IMG/VR virus record: IMGVR_UViG_3300030095_004072
Reading direction: 5' to 3' (one strand)
DNA: 64,000 nt
Source: an uncultured virus (IMG/VR IMGVR_UViG_3300030095_004072)
Lineage: Duplodnaviria; Heunggongvirae; Uroviricota; Caudoviricetes; Crassvirales
Part shown: in pieces, positions 58,188-64,000 of the stretch
How positions within the stretch are numbered: the stretch's first letter is position 1
How the letters are laid out: every line of letters starts with the position of its first letter
Translations under genes and position numbers: made by a program
Notes under the pieces: model-generated
What the model was told of the DNA's origin: nothing
Seen by the model: the letters and a program-made list of their open reading frames with translations, nothing else
Databases searched by the model: none

Positions 58188-58599
58188 GCTTGTTATCATA
58201 ATGCTATTGTTTTCTTGTACACAACCAGAAGAATTAATTATTGAGACAGAAGAGTCTAAAATAAATATAGATAGTTTAGCTGACGCTACAATACAACAAG
58301 TAAACAAACAAAAAAAACAAAAAGTTTTACTTGAACAAGATCTTTGGCGTAAAAAAAGAGATATAAAAGAAATAGAAAAGAAGTTTAACGAAAGTGTTTA
58401 CGAGTTAAACAATCTTAAATTAATAAGTGAAGACAGCTTAGTCTTTGATTATAAGATAGTTGTAAAGGAAATAGTAGACAGTGTTAGGATTACTGTTAGT
58501 GATTCTCTGTGTGTAAACTGTAGAGCAAAACAAAAGAAGAAAGAAAACACTTTAGTAAGTAAAGCTTTTAAATGGTTTAAAAAGAATATAAAATTATAA
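58180..58599 (+). CDS. Predicted lipoprotein with coiled coil (o-spanin-like)
   Basis: MNRLVIIMLLFS-C lipoprotein signal. Confidence 0.5.
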   Translation: MNRLVIIMLLFSCTQPEELIIETEESKINIDSLADATIQQVNKQKKQKVLLEQDLWRKKRDIKEIEKKFNESVYELNNLKLISEDSLVFDYKIVVKEIVDSVRITVSDSLCVNCRAKQKKKENTLVSKAFKWFKKNIKL

Positions 58600-58600
58600 T

Positions 58601-58608
58601 TACCTTTG
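58601..58608 (+). promoter_or_regulatory. -7 box TACCTTTG
   Basis: Matches TAnnTTTG; intergenic. Confidence 0.6.
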
Positions 58609-58628
58609 TTTAAATAAAAAATTTAATT

Positions 58629-58940
58629 ATGTCTAAAAGTCTATACAAGAAAAAAACTCCTCCGATGGTTGGTGCTCCAGTAAATAAAACAAAGAAAAAA
58701 ACTGTAAAGAAAAATACAACTACAAAAAAAACTAAAACAAAAAACCCAAAGAATAAAAATATATTAGATACTAAAACTAAAAATATTCCAAAAGCTTTAG
58801 TTAAAAAAACAAAACAAAAAATTAAAAATGTTTTAAACAACACTCCTAAAGAAAATATAAAAAAGCTTATTACTGGAGATTCAAACCTTTATGTAAAAAT
58901 GTATAAAAACATGAAGAAAATGTATAAAAACAGAAAATAG
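58629..58940 (+). CDS. Very Lys-rich small protein
   Basis: Low-complexity K/T/N sequence behind a promoter box. Confidence 0.6.
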   Translation: MSKSLYKKKTPPMVGAPVNKTKKKTVKKNTTTKKTKTKNPKNKNILDTKTKNIPKALVKKTKQKIKNVLNNTPKENIKKLITGDSNLYVKMYKNMKKMYKNRK

Positions 58941-58943
58941 ATT

Positions 58944-59096
58944 GTGGCAAAAAAAATGAGAACAGGAAAAAAAGTATGTTGGAAATATGGAAGCGGAAAA
59001 TACTGTGGTACATTAATACCAAGTATGGAAACTGCAACTCATAGATATGCACGTACTGAAAACGGAAAGGTTAAGTCATTGCCTAAGAAAAAGTAA
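58944..59096 (+). CDS. Small basic protein (50 aa, MAKKMRTGKKVCWKYG...)
   Basis: Read manually; GTG start; TAATG coupling to next gene. Confidence 0.55.
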   Translation: MAKKMRTGKKVCWKYGSGKYCGTLIPSMETATHRYARTENGKVKSLPKKK

Positions 59097-59389
59097 TGGC
59101 TACAAGAGGCAGAACAAAAAAAGCACAGATAAGAAGAACAACAGGTAAAGGAGGTAATTATCGTTCTACTAAATCTGGTGCAGGAATGACTGCTAAAGGT
59201 GTAGCTGCATATAACAGAAAGACAGGAGGTAATTTAAAAACTGCTGTAACAGAAAAGAATGCTAAAGGAAAAAGAGCCGCACGTAGAAGATCTTTCTGTG
59301 CAAGAATGAGTGGAATGAAAGGACCATTAAAAGATAAAAAAGGAAGACCAACAAGAAAAGCTATGGCTTTAAGACGTTGGAGATGCTAA
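59096..59389 (+). CDS. Small Arg/Lys-rich phage protein (DUF6321-like)
   Basis: RRRSFCARMSG...ALRRWRC motif. Confidence 0.7.
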   Translation: MATRGRTKKAQIRRTTGKGGNYRSTKSGAGMTAKGVAAYNRKTGGNLKTAVTEKNAKGKRAARRRSFCARMSGMKGPLKDKKGRPTRKAMALRRWRC

Positions 59390-59401
59390 TAAATTAATTA
59401 T

Positions 59402-59409
59402 TATATTTG
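59402..59409 (+). promoter_or_regulatory. -7 box TATATTTG, 4 nt before ATG (probably leaderless)
   Basis: ATG at 59414. Confidence 0.6.
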
Positions 59410-59413
59410 CAAT

Positions 59414-59584
59414 ATGCCTACAGTAACACATAAATGTCCTGATACAGGAAAAACAATGAAAAGAACTTTTCCTTACAATGCTGTAGGGAAAGCACAAGCA
59501 GTAGAATTTGCTAAAACTATGAATGGTTCTATTAAGAACAATCCTGGTTATGGCATGGAGAAGAAAACTAACTCAGGTTATTAA
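59414..59584 (+). CDS. Small basic protein (56 aa, MPTVTHKCPDTGK...FPY..GKAQA)
   Basis: Read manually. Confidence 0.6.
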   Translation: MPTVTHKCPDTGKTMKRTFPYNAVGKAQAVEFAKTMNGSIKNNPGYGMEKKTNSGY

Positions 59585-59601
59585 TTTAAAAAAAAGAAAA
59601 A

Positions 59602-59796
59602 ATGAAACAAGGATATAACGACAGACTTGACGAATCTTTAGGAGCAAGAAACGGAAAGAAGTCTCAATCTATGAAAGATAGAAGAGATGAGTCAAAAGCA
59701 ATGTCAAAAAAAGATTACGGTCACTCTTATGGAGCTGACGAGTCAATGTCTTACAGACACACTTCTTCTTGGAAGACTCACGATCATCTTAAATAA
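59602..59796 (+). CDS. Small protein (MKQGYNDRLDESLG...)
   Basis: 64-aa ORF in the small-protein cluster. Confidence 0.65.
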   Translation: MKQGYNDRLDESLGARNGKKSQSMKDRRDESKAMSKKDYGHSYGADESMSYRHTSSWKTHDHLK

Positions 59797-59996
59797 TGGC
59801 TGGTCGTACAAAAAAACCATTTCCTGAAATAAAAAAAGGAAATGAAGGAAAGTTTACTGCATGGGTAAAAAGCAATATGCCTGGTAAAAGTACGTGTTCA
59901 GCAGCATCAGCTGTTATGAAAAACACAAACAAATACTCAGAGTCAGTTGTAAAAATGGCTAACTATGCAAAGAACTTTGGTTGTAGTAAAGCATAA
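59796..59996 (+). CDS. Small basic protein (GKFTAW...KMANYAKN)
   Basis: 66 aa, translationally coupled. Confidence 0.65.
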   Translation: MAGRTKKPFPEIKKGNEGKFTAWVKSNMPGKSTCSAASAVMKNTNKYSESVVKMANYAKNFGCSKA

Positions 59997-60017
59997 GTTT
60001 AATTTAATAAAATAAAA

Positions 60018-60224
60018 ATGGCGAAAAAAAGAAAAAACCTTGCGAAAAACAAACCTGCTACTCCTCCTAATATGACTTTTGAGGAAAAAGTAGAGTTAAA
60101 ATCAAAAGGTAAGCTAAAAGCAAAAACAATAGAAAAAAAAGAAATATTAACTCCTGACTCTCATGTACAGTATGTAAAGCCAAGAGTTAAAACACCTATT
60201 AACGATAGAATAAGAACAAGATAA
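60018..60224 (+). CDS. Small basic protein
   Basis: 68 aa, K/R/P-rich. Confidence 0.6.
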   Translation: MAKKRKNLAKNKPATPPNMTFEEKVELKSKGKLKAKTIEKKEILTPDSHVQYVKPRVKTPINDRIRTR

Positions 60225-60225
60225 A

Positions 60226-60345
60226 ATGAAAGAAAAACTAATATCTTTGTATTGTTATTTACAATGCAGTTGGAACAGCTTAATGGATTATTTAACTTTG
60301 GATGTAGAAAAATGTCCTAAAGAAAATTGTTCATGCAAAATGTAA
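60226..60345 (+). CDS. Small Cys-rich protein (39 aa)
   Basis: Read manually: YCYLQC...CPKENCSCK. Confidence 0.5.
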   Translation: MKEKLISLYCYLQCSWNSLMDYLTLDVEKCPKENCSCKM

Positions 60346-60506
60346 ATAATAAATCCAGAGGTTTTGGTGATTCTATAGCAAAATTAACTAAAGCGACAGG
60401 TTTAGATAAGGTTGCTCATAATATGGCCAAAGCAGTTGGTAAAGAAGACTGCGGTTGCGGTCAAAGAAGAGATACTTTAAATAGAGTATTTCCGTATAAT
60501 AAATAA
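60333..60506 (+). CDS. Small phage protein (GFGDSIAK.T.ATG...DCGC..R...LN..FPY), 57 aa
   Basis: Read manually; CGC-type motif I recognise from other phage proteins. Confidence 0.6.
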   Translation: MQNVNNKSRGFGDSIAKLTKATGLDKVAHNMAKAVGKEDCGCGQRRDTLNRVFPYNK

Positions 60507-60535
60507 AGAGATTTTTAACCCTCAAAAAGAAAAAA

Positions 60536-61306
60536 ATGGCGTACCCAAAAATTACCGTAAACACGGGCTTAGCATTAAATGTTTTAGCAAGTGACACAAT
60601 TAGAATTCCTTATCCAGGCTTACAACAAGTAACGGGAGTAGCCGATGCAGTAGCATCAGGAACTACAACTGGACAAAACACAAATGAATTAATAGATTTA
60701 GGAGCAACCTTTACAGCGACTACAGCTCCTCTTCCAGTTGTTAATGGAGATAAAGCTTTTAATATAACTACTCCAGGAAATGCAGTAGTTACAGGAGTAG
60801 CCCCTACTGTTTTATCATTTGCTTCAAATCCATTTGCCACAGGAACACAAGCCTATGTTGTAACAAGACCAAATCATTTAATAGATGCAGCGGGAGACTT
60901 TATAACAAAAGGAGTAAGTGTTGGTGATATTGTATATAATACTACGGCAGAAACAGTAGCCACAGTAACTGCAGTAAATAACGCTGTTGATATTACTTTA
61001 TCTGCAGATTTATTTGGATCAAACACTACTTACGATGATAATTATGTAATCTATGTAGCAGGTGATGGTCCTTTACCAAGTCAAAGAATTGATTCTTCAG
61101 AAGGATGTTTATTATATGTTGGTTCTGACACAGCTACCATGACAGTTGAATTATCATATGTAGATGTTAAAGTTAAAACAGTAGCAGGAGATGATATAAC
61201 CTTTTATAACTTTCCTGTTGGAGAATATTTACCTATACAAGTATTGCAACTATATTCTACGGGAACAGATGCAGTAGCAAGGTTTAATTCTGTAGCTATT
61301 TGGTAA
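60536..61306 (+). CDS. Head spike-base-like protein (RcGTA Rcc01079-like C-terminus) with inserted repeats
   Basis: LLYVG...VKVKTVAGDDITFYNFPVGEYLPIQV.Q.YSTGT. Confidence 0.55.
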   Translation: MAYPKITVNTGLALNVLASDTIRIPYPGLQQVTGVADAVASGTTTGQNTNELIDLGATFTATTAPLPVVNGDKAFNITTPGNAVVTGVAPTVLSFASNPFATGTQAYVVTRPNHLIDAAGDFITKGVSVGDIVYNTTAETVATVTAVNNAVDITLSADLFGSNTTYDDNYVIYVAGDGPLPSQRIDSSEGCLLYVGSDTATMTVELSYVDVKVKTVAGDDITFYNFPVGEYLPIQVLQLYSTGTDAVARFNSVAIW

Positions 61307-61307
61307 T

Positions 61308-61574
61308 ATGACAGTAATTTCCGAAAACACAAAAGTCAGTCTAAGTCCTAAAAATTTTATTACTATAATTGTGTTAGTAGGAAGTATGGTAGGAATGTAT
61401 TATTCTTTACAAGCTCAAATAGAAGAGGCAAAAGAATTGCCAAAGCCAAGTCAAACCCCTACAGAACAAATGATAGAGATACAAAAAGAGTTAGTTTTTA
61501 TTAAAACAGAAATGTTAGAAATGAAAGAAACTCTTAATAGATTAGATGATAGAATTTATAGCTTAAAAAAGTAA
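61308..61574 (+). CDS. Single-TM coiled-coil protein (holin/antiholin-like)
   Basis: FITIIVLVGSMVGMYY; directly before the endolysin. Confidence 0.5.
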   Translation: MTVISENTKVSLSPKNFITIIVLVGSMVGMYYSLQAQIEEAKELPKPSQTPTEQMIEIQKELVFIKTEMLEMKETLNRLDDRIYSLKK

Positions 61575-61577
61575 ATT

Positions 61578-61994
61578 ATGAGAACAATAAAAAAAATTAT
61601 TGTTCACTGTTCTGCTACTCCACGAAATAAAGATTTTTCTGCTGAAGATATAAGAGATTGGCACGTAAAAGGTAATGGGTGGGATGATATAGGCTATCAT
61701 TTTGTGATTAGACTTGATGGTACTATAGAATACGGTAGAATGGTAGATAAATACGGAGCACACGTTTCAAGTCATAACTATGATAGTTTAGGAATTTGCT
61801 ATATTGGTGGAATGGACAAAGAAATGAAAGCATGGGAAGACACAAGAACAAAAAAACAAAAAGAATCACTAATTATTTTGCTTAAAATGTTAAAAAAAGC
61901 ACATAAAGAAGCTATAATCTATGGGCATCAAGATTTTTCCTCTAAAATGTGTCCAAGTTTTGATGCAAAAGAAGAATATAAAGATATAAAATGA
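61578..61994 (+). CDS. Endolysin, N-acetylmuramoyl-L-alanine amidase (T7 lysozyme-like)
   Basis: IIVHCSAT, IGYHFVI, GAH, GICYIGG, GH.D...K.CP.F. Confidence 0.92.
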   Translation: MRTIKKIIVHCSATPRNKDFSAEDIRDWHVKGNGWDDIGYHFVIRLDGTIEYGRMVDKYGAHVSSHNYDSLGICYIGGMDKEMKAWEDTRTKKQKESLIILLKMLKKAHKEAIIYGHQDFSSKMCPSFDAKEEYKDIK

Positions 61995-62395
61995 ATATAT
62001 GGACTAAAATTTTCGGTTCACAAGGAATGGACGTGGCTAAACAAGTGGGTGATGTTGTTGATCGCTTTGTTCAAACCCCTGATGAAAAAATAGAAGCTAA
62101 AAAAGCTATGTTTGAGGTATTCAATCAAGCGGCAGCAAGTGAACAAAAAAATATTACGGAAAGATGGCAAAGTGATATGTCATCTGATAACATTTTATCT
62201 AAAACGGTAAGACCTGCTGTACTAATATTTTTAATTTTAAGCACAATTGTGCTTATTTTTATTGACTCAGGTTTTATTACCTTTGTAGTTGATGATGAGT
62301 GGAAAGAATTATTAAAACTTATACTCATGACTACAGTTGCGGCATACTTTGGTGGCCGTTCATACGAAAAAGGAACTAAGATAAAAAACAAGTAA
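61991..62395 (+). CDS. Holin (GTA 3TM-like family)
   Basis: RWQSDM.SD..LSK.VRP, two TM segments, AYFGGRS. Confidence 0.75.
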   Translation: MNIWTKIFGSQGMDVAKQVGDVVDRFVQTPDEKIEAKKAMFEVFNQAAASEQKNITERWQSDMSSDNILSKTVRPAVLIFLILSTIVLIFIDSGFITFVVDDEWKELLKLILMTTVAAYFGGRSYEKGTKIKNK

Positions 62396-63114
62396 TGGCT
62401 AAAATAGGTTCGTATCCAATTCAAAGCACCATAATAGGTACTGATAAAGTTATTGGTACTGACGTATTAAATAGCGGTGCTACAAAAAACTTTACATTTA
62501 ATGATGTTGCTAAGTTTTTAAACACTTACAATAAAATAGAATTAAATGCATTAAGATATAAATATCAAAATTGGAAAACAGGAGATGTAAGAAATCCTGG
62601 CACAATATCATTTTCAAATTCAGACGCAGGTAATCCTTTATTTTCAAATGTAAATTCTTTTATGTTAAGTCAGTTTATGACTGAATCTACGGTAAATGTA
62701 TCTTCTTATTACTCAATTCCTTTAGTTTCATCAACTGTATTGATATCACAATGTGATGACCCCTCTGTTTTTGGTCTGTATTTATGGAATAGTGCCACTC
62801 AAGACCCTCAAGAAACTGAGTTTTTTGATATAACATTAAGTTATTTAGTAGGTTCAGGTAGCTTAAATAGTAACAAAGATTATTTTATATCTTTGCTCAC
62901 GTATGGTCCAACGTCCGCTGATAAAAATTATGTGTTCACTCAAGCTACAAATACAAACCCTTGGGTAATAAATCATGGATTAAATAAATACCCATCAGTA
63001 AGTGTTGTGAACAATGCAAACATAACCGTTTACGGAGAAGTAGAATATGATTCTTTGAATCAAGTAACAATAACATTTGCAGATCCAACTAATGGAAAAG
63101 CATATTTTAACTAA
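62395..63114 (+). CDS. Tail fibre/virion-associated protein
   Basis: N-terminus like the 2789 fibre; C-terminal W.INHGLNKYPSVSV...VTITF domain. Confidence 0.6.
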   Translation: MAKIGSYPIQSTIIGTDKVIGTDVLNSGATKNFTFNDVAKFLNTYNKIELNALRYKYQNWKTGDVRNPGTISFSNSDAGNPLFSNVNSFMLSQFMTESTVNVSSYYSIPLVSSTVLISQCDDPSVFGLYLWNSATQDPQETEFFDITLSYLVGSGSLNSNKDYFISLLTYGPTSADKNYVFTQATNTNPWVINHGLNKYPSVSVVNNANITVYGEVEYDSLNQVTITFADPTNGKAYFN

Positions 63115-63126
63115 AAAAACAAAAAA

Positions 63127-63519
63127 ATGAAAAATATATTATTAGTATTATTATTAAGTTTATTTACATCAGTAGCTTCAGCTCAATTTATGGTAACAAG
63201 TATGGTAAGTTCACCAGCAGATGGAGAAGAAATGAGTTTAGATAATTTAACAGACAACATAGGAGTATTGTACTCTATGGATAAAATAAGTGCAGGTATA
63301 ATGATGGATGGTGATGATTATAATTTGGTAGCAAGATATACATTTGGTGAAAATCTATTTGCATATGGATTAATGACTGAGGAAGAAGAAATATCATTAG
63401 GAGTAGGCTATGCATTAAACGTATGGAACGAATTATATATTGAACCATCTTATTTATTAGATATGGAATCGGAAGACAGTGAAGGTGAACTTAAATTAAG
63501 TTTAACCTATAAATTTTAA
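63127..63519 (+). CDS. Small outer-membrane beta-barrel-like protein with signal peptide
   Basis: MKNILLVLLLSLFTSVASA-Q signal, alternating strands, C-terminal LSLTYKF. Confidence 0.65.
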   Translation: MKNILLVLLLSLFTSVASAQFMVTSMVSSPADGEEMSLDNLTDNIGVLYSMDKISAGIMMDGDDYNLVARYTFGENLFAYGLMTEEEEISLGVGYALNVWNELYIEPSYLLDMESEDSEGELKLSLTYKF

Positions 63520-63539
63520 TATAAAAAAACAGAAACGCT

Positions 63540-64000
63540 ATGGCAATTAATTTTTTACAAGACGTATCCTTAAATAATACGCAATTAACAAATTTTAAGG
63601 TACAAAATTTAACAGGAACACTTCCGTCAAGTTTAGGTGGAGAGGGTCAGTTAATATATAAAACAGATACTAACGAACTTTATTTACACAAAGGATCAAA
63701 CTCTTGGGAGGAATTAAGCACAGGCGGATCGGTTACTTCTGTAGGTGTTTCAAGTAATTACTTAACTATTGGTAGTTCGCCAATAACAAGTAGTGGAACA
63801 ATATCAGTTAATGTGCCAAACTCTGGCGTAACTGCAGCATCATATACTCATGCAAGTATTACTGTAAATGCACAAGGTATTGTAACTGCAGCATCAAATG
63901 GTACTGCTACATTAGGTGTAACTTCATTCACTAATGCTAACGGAACATTTGTTTCTGCTGGAACAGCAAATTCAAGTGCAACAGGTGCTGTAACAATGGG
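63540..64000 (+). CDS. Tail fibre protein, 3' truncated
   Basis: MAINFLQDVSLNN...GSVTSVG...SPITSSGTI...GVTAASYTHASITVNAQG; open to window end. Confidence 0.75.
   Translation, partial: MAINFLQDVSLNNTQLTNFKVQNLTGTLPSSLGGEGQLIYKTDTNELYLHKGSNSWEELSTGGSVTSVGVSSNYLTIGSSPITSSGTISVNVPNSGVTAASYTHASITVNAQGIVTAASNGTATLGVTSFTNANGTFVSAGTANSSATGAVTM

Noticed and set aside
1..64000. Stop-codon reassignment, tRNA genes, integrase, polymerases
   Set aside because: Standard code gives dense full-length ORFs ending in TAA, TAG and TGA; no cloverleaf or polymerase/integrase motifs recognised by eye.

Overview
AT-rich dsDNA tailed-phage sequence, probably most of the genome of a podovirus-like phage with a Bacteroidota (likely Flavobacteriaceae) host. 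The host call rests on many TAnnTTTG -7 boxes and A-rich initiation regions without Shine-Dalgarno sequences. The window opens and closes inside the tail-fibre module, which fits a circularly permuted genome. Plus strand 1-39.3 kb: fibres, tandem GroES-like gene, terminase, portal, scaffold, major capsid, tail adaptor/nozzle and ejection proteins including a 2547-aa polyvalent protein. Minus strand 39.3-53.9 kb: early and replication genes (VRR-NUC, SF2 helicase, two cytosine-MTase-like genes, primase-helicase, SSB, exonuclease, ERF, DnaA-IV-like). Plus strand 54.5-64 kb: GroEL/GroES, tiny basic proteins, lysis genes, an OM beta-barrel and fibres. I recognised no DNA or RNA polymerase, integrase, tRNA or CRISPR array. 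Strongest unexplained signals: a candidate -1 frameshift product and an overprinted ORF inside the giant gene, a covarying 42-nt hairpin between early genes, an oriented CGTAAGTCC 9-mer, and two matching iteron/IHF-box sites. All functional calls come from motif recognition by eye; no searches were run.
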